NCBI GenBank assembly: GCA_002428325.1
Contig: DIVR01000052.1
Location: forward strand, 11,112 to 75,111
DNA: 64,000 nt
From: a bacterium UBP4_UBA6127
Lineage (GTDB): Bacteria > UBP4 > UBA4092
Direction: 5' to 3'
The notes beneath the pieces are model-generated. The model did no database searches. It had not been told where the DNA came from and was given only the letters and a program-made list of their open reading frames with translations. Of this stretch, positions 20,984 through 29,807 are shown one piece after another. Positions within the stretch are counted from its first letter, which is position 1. The number at the start of each line of letters is the position of its first letter. The position numbers were made by a program, and so were the translations under genes.

Positions 20984-21397
20984 TTAAAATGACTGAAGCT
21001 GGGGAGTAAACGTCAGAATACCCACCATCCCATAAATTAACAGGGTCAGAGAAATCGTATAAAGAACTGAAAGAGCTAAAACTCTCAGTCCCTGATGATG
21101 AATATAATCATCCACCACATATCGCACACCATTCATGCCATGAATCATGGCTAAAAACAGTAAAATAATGTCATAGGTACGCCAGATTGGAGATGAAAAC
21201 CGAGCCGCTACCCATGCGTAGTCAATGGTCTGGCTGTCCCTGAATATGTGCATGATGGCAAAGTGGGTAACAGCCATCAGAAGTAACACAATTCCAGAAA
21301 TTCGCATAAAATACCATGCCAGAAGTTCCATGCTTCCGTTTGGCTGGGTTCGCGAACCATAAAGATTTCGTGCCATAGTTCCTTCCTTTTTTCTCAT
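20984..21397 (-). CDS. sdhD: Succinate dehydrogenase membrane anchor (likely start at ATG 21376)
   Basis: WYFMRISG, THFAIMH, IHGMNGVRYVVDDY, three TM segments. Confidence 0.88.
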   Translation of the reverse strand: MRKKEGTMARNLYGSRTQPNGSMELLAWYFMRISGIVLLLMAVTHFAIMHIFRDSQTIDYAWVAARFSSPIWRTYDIILLFLAMIHGMNGVRYVVDDYIHHQGLRVLALSVLYTISLTLLIYGMVGILTFTPQLQSF

Positions 21398-21400
21398 CAG

Positions 21401-21769
21401 TTATTTACTAATAATTGGCGATAACATAATATAGGCGGCCGGAAGCGCCATTCCAGCAAACACCAGCATCTGGACCCAGAACATCTGACGATGATAAACC
21501 ATCAAATTATCAAAAAAGTCCATTAGAACAATCCGTGTCCCATTCAAAGCATGAAACAATACAGTCATTCCCAATGCAAATTCCATTAATCGGAAAAAAT
21601 CATTGTGATATAACGCTAAAGCCTTATTATATGCTTCAGGGCTATATCCCATCATTGACATCTCCAGAATGTGAATCAAAAGGAAAAAGAAAACTCCCAG
21701 TCCCGTAAAGCGATGCAAGGCCCAGGCCAACATGCCTTCTCTTCCTTTGTACCGGATTTCTTCAAACAT
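21401..21769 (-). CDS. sdhC: Succinate dehydrogenase cytochrome b subunit
   Basis: WALHRFTG, LIHILE, FHALNGTRIVLMDF. Confidence 0.9.
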   Translation of the reverse strand: MFEEIRYKGREGMLAWALHRFTGLGVFFFLLIHILEMSMMGYSPEAYNKALALYHNDFFRLMEFALGMTVLFHALNGTRIVLMDFFDNLMVYHRQMFWVQMLVFAGMALPAAYIMLSPIISK

Positions 21770-21949
21770 AGAACCCCCTTCATTGAAGTGAATAATATTA
21801 ATATAAATAACCGATTCTTAACGTTGGAATAATTTCGGAGTGATTACTATTATTCTAGAAAATCCACAGATTAAAGTCAATCAAATCTGCTTTAAATATT
21901 TCAGTTAACAATATTAGTTAACTTGTCAAACTATTTTAGGCTTCATCAC

Positions 21950-21992
21950 GGGTTCAGACCCAGGCTGAAGATAACAGCCTGGGTCTGAATCC
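21950..21992. repeat. 18-bp-arm inverted repeat, REP-like (family B copy 1)
   Basis: GGGTTCAGACCCAGGCTG-AAGATAA-CAGCCTGGGTCTGAATCC (one G-T pair), downstream of pilT. Confidence 0.85.
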
Positions 21993-22066
21993 AGAGGATA
22001 ACGCTAATCATTTAGAAATGGCACAGATTGAGCTATTTATTATTGCCATTTCAATGAATTATCCAG

Positions 22067-23176
22067 CTATTTTCTTTGGAAAAAACGTTTGGGAACAGGC
22101 GGTGATTCAGAAAGATTTTTGTCCTGCATATTAAATTGGACAAACAGGCTGGGGTCCATTGCCCGAGAAACAGCCTCTTCGGCAGAAATAACCCCCCGGG
22201 TCATGAGATCCAGTAAAGAAGCGTCCATGGTGTTCATTCCATAGGTGGCCCCAGATTGCAACATAGACATTATCTGCTCAGTTTTTTGGGTTCGAATGAC
22301 ATTTCTAACCGCGGTTGTCGCTATTAGTACTTCCATGGCTAACGCTCTGCCGCCACCTATTTTGGGAATCAATTGCTGAGCTAAGATTCCTTCCAGACAG
22401 GCAGCTAACTGAATTCGAATCTGTTCTTGCTGATTGGGAGGAAAAACATCGATAATGCGGTCAATGGTTTGAGAAGTATTCGGGGTATGCAAGGTAGCTA
22501 AGACTAAATGACCGGTTTCAGCAGCCGTAATCGCCGTGCTGATAGTTTCCAAATCCCTCATTTCCCCAATACAGACAACATCAGGGTCTTGTCGGAGGAC
22601 ATGTCTCAACGCCGCATTAAAAGAGCGGGTATCGCTACCGACTTCCCTCTGTTTAACAATTCCCTTCTTGTGGGAAAGAACATATTCAATAGGATCTTCT
22701 ACCGTAATAATCAAACAGTTTCTCTCTGAACAAATTAAATCAAGCATGGAGGCCAGTGTGGTGGTTTTTCCCATACCTGTAGGGCCTGTTACCAAAATAA
22801 AGCCACTGGTTTTCCGCGCCAGAGAAGCAACCACCGGAGGAAGACCTAGTTCCTCAATAGTACGAATACTCCTGGGGATGGTTCTGAAAGCCGCCTCAAC
22901 ACCACCCTTTTGCCGATGAATATTACATCGAAATCGACCCAGATCTTCATACTCTATTGAAAGATCCAATTCCATGGTTTCTTCAAACTTAGCTTTTTGC
23001 TCATCATTGAGAATGGAATAAATCATTTGAATATTATCGTTTTGAGTCAATCGGGTCTCAATGGCAGGAATCAATTTTCCATCAACCCGGATCATAGGAG
23101 GAGCTCCAGCCGTCAAATGGAGATCGGACCCCCCCATAGCTAGCACTTGTTCAAAAAGCGCTTTCAGGCTAAACAT
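22067..23176 (-). CDS. pilT: Type IV pilus retraction ATPase PilT/PilU family
   Basis: SDLHLTAG, Walker A GPTGMGKTT, TVEDPIEY, LRQDPDVVCIGEMRD, His box TGHLVLATLH, AVRNVIR (AIRNLIRE-like). Confidence 0.93.
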   Translation of the reverse strand: MFSLKALFEQVLAMGGSDLHLTAGAPPMIRVDGKLIPAIETRLTQNDNIQMIYSILNDEQKAKFEETMELDLSIEYEDLGRFRCNIHRQKGGVEAAFRTIPRSIRTIEELGLPPVVASLARKTSGFILVTGPTGMGKTTTLASMLDLICSERNCLIITVEDPIEYVLSHKKGIVKQREVGSDTRSFNAALRHVLRQDPDVVCIGEMRDLETISTAITAAETGHLVLATLHTPNTSQTIDRIIDVFPPNQQEQIRIQLAACLEGILAQQLIPKIGGGRALAMEVLIATTAVRNVIRTQKTEQIMSMLQSGATYGMNTMDASLLDLMTRGVISAEEAVSRAMDPSLFVQFNMQDKNLSESPPVPKRFFQRK

Positions 23177-24361
23177 TTATGAATCCACCTCCGTAATCAT
23201 ATTGGTTTCATTCGGGATACCCGAATCGATAAATCCTTTATCAAATAAACGGAGAGTCGCTTCCACGATATTTCGGCTTGAATTTCTGATTACAATATTC
23301 TCAATATTCATTTTCAGTTGATTCATCTGGGTGGGGTCGCTCAAAAGAGAGTTGATGATTGCGGGAAGGTCTTCTTCAAAATCAATCCTAAGGGCTGCCT
23401 TTTCACTTACCAGGTATTGGGAATTATTTTCTTCCTGACCCGGCAAGGGATGGATAATAAGCATCGGTAAACCCTTGACCAGTGCTTCGGAACTTGTCAC
23501 CCCACCCGGTTTAGTGATCAATATATCACTGACAGACATAAATTCATGGACATTATTCACAAATCCAAAGATATGCAAAGGTAAACCTGATTCTTCCTTT
23601 AACATCGATAAGGATCGCCTCAGACGAGTGTTATGGCCCGTAATGACAACTATCTGGTAGGGACAGTTGATATTCTTGAATTCCTTGACGATATCTTCAA
23701 AAGGCCCCAGTCCCTGGCTTCCCCCCATCAATAAAATAACCGGTAATGAAGCATCCAACCCCAGTCTATTCCGAATATCTGTTTTCTCGGCCTCGGAGTG
23801 TTGGACTTCAAATTCAGGATTGACGGGGATTCCCAGAATATTTATGCGTGAGGATTCAATCCCATGAGCTGCCAGGTCATCTTTGCAAATCTGGGAGGGT
23901 ACCGTGTATAAATCCACCTCTGGATGAACCCAGTAGGCATTGGCAATATAGTCGGTTACAACAGCAACAATGGGAACAGATAAAGCATTTTCCTTTTTCA
24001 GAGAACAGGCTACTTCACAGGGAAATGCCTGCGTTGAGATAATGACATCAGGTTTGACTTCCCTGAGGATTTCCTTGAATTTCATGGAAGCCTGGTGAGT
24101 CACTAGATTTCTCAATTTGCGGATTCTTACTACAAATTTATCATTATCATAGAGATAATCCCACAATTCAGGAGTTGTTTTTAGAATCCCCATGTAAGTG
24201 GTATTGATCATTTGTTCTAATAATGGATTTTTTATAAATTCAAAGAAATTCTGGTTAATAACTTGATGTTCCGGAGCATAACAATGAAAAGCCTTCTCAA
24301 TGGCTCGAGCTGCATGTTGATGTCCAGATCGTTTTGATATAGATAAAATTAATACTTTCAT
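23177..24361 (-). CDS. MGDG synthase/UgtP-like diacylglycerol glycosyltransferase (GT28)
   Basis: SGHQHAARA, VVTDY..NAYWVHP, GIPV, LLMGGSQGLG, ITKPGGVTSSEAL, PGQEENN. Confidence 0.88.
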   Translation of the reverse strand: MKVLILSISKRSGHQHAARAIEKAFHCYAPEHQVINQNFFEFIKNPLLEQMINTTYMGILKTTPELWDYLYDNDKFVVRIRKLRNLVTHQASMKFKEILREVKPDVIISTQAFPCEVACSLKKENALSVPIVAVVTDYIANAYWVHPEVDLYTVPSQICKDDLAAHGIESSRINILGIPVNPEFEVQHSEAEKTDIRNRLGLDASLPVILLMGGSQGLGPFEDIVKEFKNINCPYQIVVITGHNTRLRRSLSMLKEESGLPLHIFGFVNNVHEFMSVSDILITKPGGVTSSEALVKGLPMLIIHPLPGQEENNSQYLVSEKAALRIDFEEDLPAIINSLLSDPTQMNQLKMNIENIVIRNSSRNIVEATLRLFDKGFIDSGIPNETNMITEVDS

Positions 24362-24480
24362 ATCTTTAGCGGTATCCCCTTACTGCCGTTCCAATCGTAT
24401 CATACCCGATTATACCCCGCAATAATATTATCACTGTAGGTGGTTTCAATTCTATTGAATAGAATAGGTCTTAATCGTGA

Positions 24481-25620
24481 TTATTTGAGTTCCAACATTC
24501 TATTTAAAGCGATTTTCGCCCATTGCTTTATTTCATTGGGTACCCTGACTTGATTAACCACCCTACCCTGGACTAATTCCTCTAAAACCCAACAAAGGTA
24601 AGCCGGATGTATCTGAAACATAGTAGCACAAGGACAAATCATCGGATCTAGACAAAAAATCAATTTATCAGGCATTTCATTTACCAGCCGATTCACCAGA
24701 TTGATTTCAGTTCCAACTGCCCATTTTGAGCCAGGTGCAGATTCTCGTATCCGTTTGCAAATAAATTCGGTGGAACCATATTCATCCGCGGCCTGAACAA
24801 CATCCAATGAACATTCAGGATGAACTATAACTTTGATATCGGGATAGGCCTCACGGGCCTTTTGAATCTGAGCGATATTAAATCGTGCATGAACAGAACA
24901 ATACCCTTTCCAGAGGAGTATTTGTTTTTTTATAAGTTCTTCACATAAATGCCCCCCCATTTTTAATGAGGGATCCCAGACAACCATTGCCTCTAAAGGT
25001 ATTCCAAGATTAAAGGCAGTGATTCGACCGAGATGCTGATCAGGGAAAAATAAGACTCGTTTGGATTGTTTCAATGCCCAGTCAACAACTCTGGGAGCAT
25101 TGGAGGAGGTACAGACAATTCCACCCTGTTTTCCAACAAAAGCCTTTAAATCAGCAGCTGAATTGATATAGGTAACCGGTATCGCATCATTGATTCCTGC
25201 CTCATTCAATTCATCCCAACATCTTTCCACTTGAGTAATGTTTGCCATATCTGCCATGGAGCAACCGGCTGACATATTGGGCAAAATGACGATTTGTTCA
25301 TCAGTAGAAAGAATATCTGCTGATTCAGCCATAAAATGAACACCACAGAAAACTATGTATTTTACATCTTTTCTTTGAGCAGCTTCCTGAGAAAGCTTTA
25401 AAGAATCTCCCTGAAAATCAGCATGCTGGATAATTTCATCTCTTTGATAATGATGTCCTAATATCACCAGTGAATTCCCCAAACTCTGACGGGCTTTTTG
25501 AATCCTCGAAGATAATTCCTCATCAGACATCTTTCTATATAAATCAGGGATTACTGAATCTTTATAAATTTTATAATCTTCATTACAGCTATCGCTTGGG
25601 ATCAGACTTTTCATTTTCAT
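24481..25620 (-). CDS. nadA: Quinolinate synthase
   Basis: LGHHYQ, FCGVHFMAES, AGCSMAD, YINS, CTSSNA, PDQHLG, GYCSVH, HPEC, CPCATM. Confidence 0.97.
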   Translation of the reverse strand: MKMKSLIPSDSCNEDYKIYKDSVIPDLYRKMSDEELSSRIQKARQSLGNSLVILGHHYQRDEIIQHADFQGDSLKLSQEAAQRKDVKYIVFCGVHFMAESADILSTDEQIVILPNMSAGCSMADMANITQVERCWDELNEAGINDAIPVTYINSAADLKAFVGKQGGIVCTSSNAPRVVDWALKQSKRVLFFPDQHLGRITAFNLGIPLEAMVVWDPSLKMGGHLCEELIKKQILLWKGYCSVHARFNIAQIQKAREAYPDIKVIVHPECSLDVVQAADEYGSTEFICKRIRESAPGSKWAVGTEINLVNRLVNEMPDKLIFCLDPMICPCATMFQIHPAYLCWVLEELVQGRVVNQVRVPNEIKQWAKIALNRMLELK

Positions 25621-25696
25621 ATCCCTTCTATATGCTTCTTTCAGTTGATGCTTTAATTATGTTAGATTGAATATTGATTAATTCAATTATCTGAAA

Positions 25697-26965
25697 GTGT
25701 TTTATATGGCCTCACTATTTAATCATAACGTATTTTATTCTAAAAATGGGATGGTTGCCTCTTCTCACCCCTTAGCATCCACTGTTGGCATGGAGATTTT
25801 ACAAAAAGGAGGGACTGCTGCTGATGCCGCCATTGCAGCCAGTGCTGTCCTTGGTTTTCTAAAGCCATATGCCTGTGGTCCGGGGGGAGATATGGTAGCT
25901 TTTATCTGGAATCATACTGAAAAAGAGCCCTTTTTAATCAATGGTCTTTCTAACACACCCATTAATCTATCCTCTGATCGATTACTGAAAAGAGGTTTGA
26001 AAGAAGTGCCGCTAAATGGGGCCCTTCCTTTGGGAATACCCGGAACTATAAAAGGCTGGAAAATACTTCATGATAAAGCTGGCATTTTACCTTTATCAGA
26101 TATTCTTACTCCTTCGATAATCTATTCTGAAGAAGGTTTTCCAGTCTCAAAGGAAACAGCATTAGAATGGAAACCCTTTGAAGAGAAATTGATGCTTTGG
26201 GATGCTTCATCAAAAATCTTCCTTCGGGGAGATAGGACACCAAATGAAGGTGAACTTTTCAGAAATCCATATTTATCTGATTTATATAAGACATTTATTG
26301 AAAAAGGTTTTGATTCCTTTTATCAGGGAGATATTTGCACAAACATTTTAGAATTATCCTCTATTCATAATGGTTTTTTATTAGAAACAGATTTTAAAGA
26401 CTATGAAAAAGGCTCTGCTTTTTCCATAAAAGGGATTCTCCCCCAAACCAATACAGAAGCCATCCACATTCATTTTGGAAATAAAAACACCTCATTATAT
26501 CCTCATGACTGTTCAGGAACGGCCCTAACTGTAATTGATAAAAACAGAAATGCTGTAGTACTCTGCCAATCAATGTACAGCCATTTCGGCTCAGGATTAG
26601 TCCTTGAAAAGTATGGGTTTGCTTTAGGTAATCCAATGGCTAAAATGAAAGTTTCCAACCTTTCTTTTCCTGATAATAAAATTCCTTTCCCTTGGAGGCT
26701 TTCATTAATTACTAACCAGTATTGTCTGGCAGGTATTGGCACTTATTACAATGGATCAGGCCAGTGTTTTCATCATGATCTGCCAGAGGAATATATTCGA
26801 AGGGATGTTTCCATCGGCATCTCAGGGGATGTTTTTATTGATAACATAGTTGATTCAGATAGTCTTCTCAAAATGAATCAATTCCTTCAAATTTCCCCTT
26901 CAACCCAATCCTTAATTAAGGGAACCATCTTATCTGAAAAAGAGATAAGTGTCGTTGTTGCCTAA
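25697..26965 (+). CDS. Degenerate gamma-glutamyltransferase-family protein (probable pseudoenzyme or decaying gene)
   Basis: Clear GGT N-terminus (GMVASSHPLAS, GGTAADAAIA, CGPGGD, GIPG) and small-subunit start GTALTVID...FGSG. The nucleophile position is Gly, with a large internal deletion and an unrecognisable C-terminus. Confidence 0.75.
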   Translation: MFYMASLFNHNVFYSKNGMVASSHPLASTVGMEILQKGGTAADAAIAASAVLGFLKPYACGPGGDMVAFIWNHTEKEPFLINGLSNTPINLSSDRLLKRGLKEVPLNGALPLGIPGTIKGWKILHDKAGILPLSDILTPSIIYSEEGFPVSKETALEWKPFEEKLMLWDASSKIFLRGDRTPNEGELFRNPYLSDLYKTFIEKGFDSFYQGDICTNILELSSIHNGFLLETDFKDYEKGSAFSIKGILPQTNTEAIHIHFGNKNTSLYPHDCSGTALTVIDKNRNAVVLCQSMYSHFGSGLVLEKYGFALGNPMAKMKVSNLSFPDNKIPFPWRLSLITNQYCLAGIGTYYNGSGQCFHHDLPEEYIRRDVSIGISGDVFIDNIVDSDSLLKMNQFLQISPSTQSLIKGTILSEKEISVVVA

Positions 26966-26986
26966 TAATATCATCAGAAAGAGTGT

Positions 26987-27316
26987 ATGAAAGCCATATT
27001 TTTACTTACAATATCCAATATTTTTATGACTTTTGCATGGTATGGTCATCTTAAATATAAGCAATCGGCTTTATGGAAAGTAATCATCCTCAGTTGGATG
27101 ATTGCCTTTATGGAATATTGTTTTCAGGTTCCGGCAAACCGTATAGGCTCGTATCAGTTCTCTACGGCGCAATTAAAAACAATCCAGGAAGTGATAACCC
27201 TGATTGTCTTCTCTTTTTTCTCGATTTTTTACTTAAAAGAAACCCTGCGATGGAATTACATCGCAGGGTTTTGCTGCATCATTGGAGCTGTCTTTTTTAT
27301 CTTTAAGAAATGGTAA
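26987..27316 (+). CDS. DMT-family small membrane protein (DUF486-like)
   Basis: SNIFMTFAWYGHLK, SWMIAFMEYCFQVPANRIG, QLKTIQEVITL. Confidence 0.9.
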   Translation: MKAIFLLTISNIFMTFAWYGHLKYKQSALWKVIILSWMIAFMEYCFQVPANRIGSYQFSTAQLKTIQEVITLIVFSFFSIFYLKETLRWNYIAGFCCIIGAVFFIFKKW

Positions 27317-27328
27317 TATGATAGGAGT

Positions 27329-29548
27329 CTATATTACCTTTTTAATTGTTTTAATCTGATAAGTCACTTCACCCTCAGGAAGAGTAATATCGAATATGTC
27401 TCCTGGTTTTTTTGATAATAAGGATTTACCTAACGGAGATAAATAGGAGATGATATTTTTAGATGGTTCAGCTTCCCATATTCCCAGAATAGTATAGATT
27501 TCTTCATGTCCTGTTGTTTGATTCATAACCGTTGTATGAGTGCCGAAAGCAATTCTTTCATCGGATATTTGACCCGGGTCGATAGGTCGGGCCCTTTCCA
27601 ATAAGTCTCTTAACTCATCGGCCTGATTCATCAGAACCTTTTGTTTCTGTTTAGCTGATTGATATTCGGCATTTTCCCGAAGGTCTCCATGAGCTCTGGC
27701 AATAGCAATTTCTTTGCTATTTTCAGGTATTTCCATCGTCATTATTCTCTGATATTCCTGCTTTTTCTCTTCATACTTCTTCAAAGTACAATAATGGGTG
27801 GCAGTGGTATCTACGGTTTCACCCGATCGCTGTTCCTTTTTGAATAAATCAGGCCGTGAATTGGTCAAGGCATATTCAACTGAACTTTTGAAATTATCAT
27901 TGAGGGAAATTGCTGAATGGAATGTATCTAGCAGATGCCGCACATCGTCCAGGGGAATATCAATCACAGCATTGCGAAGAAGCCAATATTCATCTGCCTC
28001 AATTAATTTTCTAGCTTTAGATAAAGCATTTGATTTAGCTTTTTTATCCAGGGGAATCGGAAGGATATCTCGGGTAAGATTCTCCATCCAGCCGGTAATA
28101 TCAATGACCATGTCATAACTACTATAATTATTGATTTGATATTTACCTTTTACGATCTGGGAAAGAGCCCACATATACAGCTCAGGATTATGGTATCTCA
28201 AAGCCATAATCTTTTTTATATAATTACTAATGATTTCTTTGGAATTCTCGCCTTTGAGTTGTTTAATGAGGTTTTCAAATAATTTAGGAGATATCTTCAT
28301 TAGAAGCTTATCAATTGATTCAAGCCATTTCTCAGGTGAATCCTGCAGCCATGCATCCATTATTATTTTCTGATAATCTGAATTACTGAATGAGAAGATG
28401 ATATCGATTGGATCTGAAGCTTTTGATAATAATTCGGCGATAGATTCGGGGAATGCAGGATATTCCCCTTTGATGCATTTCTTGAGATATTCGTATGCAA
28501 AATAATACTGAAGTTTTAGTACTATTTTCTCTTCATTGATATTTTGATATTTAGCAAGGATGCTTTCAGCCATCAACCTGGGAGTATCACTGATATCTCC
28601 CTGAATTTTCCGGGTTTCAGAATAACCCAGAATTATTCCCATGATTTCCTGTGGATTGGCAGCCTTCTCAAATTTATCAAAAGACTGCGGCTTGGCTGAT
28701 TGGGGAGTTGAACGTAAACGAATCATCCCTTTTCCTGTTTCATCATATTCAAAAAAGGAATCTTTCTTAATGGCTAATCGGGTATTCATCCACCATTTAT
28801 TCCAATCAGCTTCATTGATAAATCCACTTAAGAGGATTTTTTTCAATTCGTTTATTCCTAATGAATTGTCGTGTTGTCTAAGAATTCTTTTAATGAGTTC
28901 CAAGGGGTTATTTTCAATCATATCTTTTAGTTTAACAGACTCTTTCTTTAACAATATCCAATAATGGTCTTGCGGTAATTTCGTAAGAAATTCACGGGCT
29001 CCGGTAAATGAGAGCGATTTATTTCCTTCTTTCCCGAAATCCAATTGAATCTGATTCTTTACAAAATCCAGATTTTTTACAACACCGACTTTCCAAGTAG
29101 CATGAAAGAATACTTGCCCGATATCATAGAAAAAATATTCATTGATTTTCTTGAATCCTTTTTCAAAATCAATGGCGGTTTCCAGTTCCGAATAAAGTAG
29201 GTATTTATCTAATAAAATATTGGACTGATTTTTTACTTTAATGGAATTAATCAATACTTCTCTTAATGCCGGTTTAAAGATTTTCTTATCAAACATCAAT
29301 TCGCCAACAAAGATGACTCCATCATGGAGATTTCTGCTGGAATATTCCTGGATTAACATATCCAGGAATTCTCTCAAAAGAGAAGATTTATTATTAGAGA
29401 TCAATAGATGTGTTATCTGATATAGGAACCCTGAATCATAATCACCTGTTTCAATATAATTAAGCCATTCTGATTCCAAAGCATCATAATCATGGTTCTT
29501 TATGAGGGTAAGAATATTATGTTTTATGGATGAGTTATTATCTGTCAT
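27329..29548 (-). CDS. greA: Long-form transcription elongation factor GreA (about 580-aa N-terminal extension)
   Basis: C-terminal Gre domain with ARAHGDLRENAEY acidic tip, IAFGTH, YTILGIWEA, ISYLSPLGKSLL. Extension contains WNKWW. Confidence 0.88.
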   Translation of the reverse strand: MTDNNSSIKHNILTLIKNHDYDALESEWLNYIETGDYDSGFLYQITHLLISNNKSSLLREFLDMLIQEYSSRNLHDGVIFVGELMFDKKIFKPALREVLINSIKVKNQSNILLDKYLLYSELETAIDFEKGFKKINEYFFYDIGQVFFHATWKVGVVKNLDFVKNQIQLDFGKEGNKSLSFTGAREFLTKLPQDHYWILLKKESVKLKDMIENNPLELIKRILRQHDNSLGINELKKILLSGFINEADWNKWWMNTRLAIKKDSFFEYDETGKGMIRLRSTPQSAKPQSFDKFEKAANPQEIMGIILGYSETRKIQGDISDTPRLMAESILAKYQNINEEKIVLKLQYYFAYEYLKKCIKGEYPAFPESIAELLSKASDPIDIIFSFSNSDYQKIIMDAWLQDSPEKWLESIDKLLMKISPKLFENLIKQLKGENSKEIISNYIKKIMALRYHNPELYMWALSQIVKGKYQINNYSSYDMVIDITGWMENLTRDILPIPLDKKAKSNALSKARKLIEADEYWLLRNAVIDIPLDDVRHLLDTFHSAISLNDNFKSSVEYALTNSRPDLFKKEQRSGETVDTTATHYCTLKKYEEKKQEYQRIMTMEIPENSKEIAIARAHGDLRENAEYQSAKQKQKVLMNQADELRDLLERARPIDPGQISDERIAFGTHTTVMNQTTGHEEIYTILGIWEAEPSKNIISYLSPLGKSLLSKKPGDIFDITLPEGEVTYQIKTIKKVI

Positions 29549-29651
29549 AGGAATCCTTTCATGTATTTACTGGCCCAACCGATAAAATGGTCATTGTATC
29601 AGGATTAAGAAAAGGTATGTGAATTGATTCATAAGGATTGAAGAATAAATA

Positions 29652-29727
29652 TGGTGGAGGATAGCGGGGTCGAACCGCCGACCTCCTCGTTGCGAACGAG
29701 GCGCTCTCCCAACTGAGCTAATCCCCC
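29652..29727 (-). tRNA. tRNA-Ala(CGC)
   Basis: GGGGGATTAGCTCAGTTGGGAGAGCGCCTCGTTCGCAACGAGGAGGTCGGCGGTTCGACCCCGCTATCCTCCACCA: G3-U70 pair, anticodon CGC, encoded CCA, 76 nt. Confidence 0.97.
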
Positions 29728-29756
29728 ACAGGAAGCTAAATTCTTTCAATCTAATT

Positions 29757-29786
29757 ATACTATTGGAATCCTAAAACTTCTGTCAA
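29757..29786 (-). promoter_or_regulatory. Sigma70-type promoter for tRNA-Ala
   Basis: TTGACA (29786-29781), 18-nt spacer, TAGTAT(AAT), about 30 nt upstream of the tRNA. Confidence 0.6.
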
Positions 29787-29807
29787 GAAATGATACGGTG
29801 AAAAGGG

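Noticed and set aside
22019-22034. Sigma54-like GG-N10-GC motif TGGCACAGATTGAGCT
   Set aside because: The -12 element is GAGC rather than TTGC, it points antisense into the pilT 3' end, and it forms one arm of an inverted repeat (22015-22052) better explained as a terminator.
29652-29727. tRNA-Ala(CGC) as an integration site or unusual decoder
   Set aside because: Canonical cloverleaf with G3-U70, flanked by core genes. No duplicated 3' end or integrase nearby.
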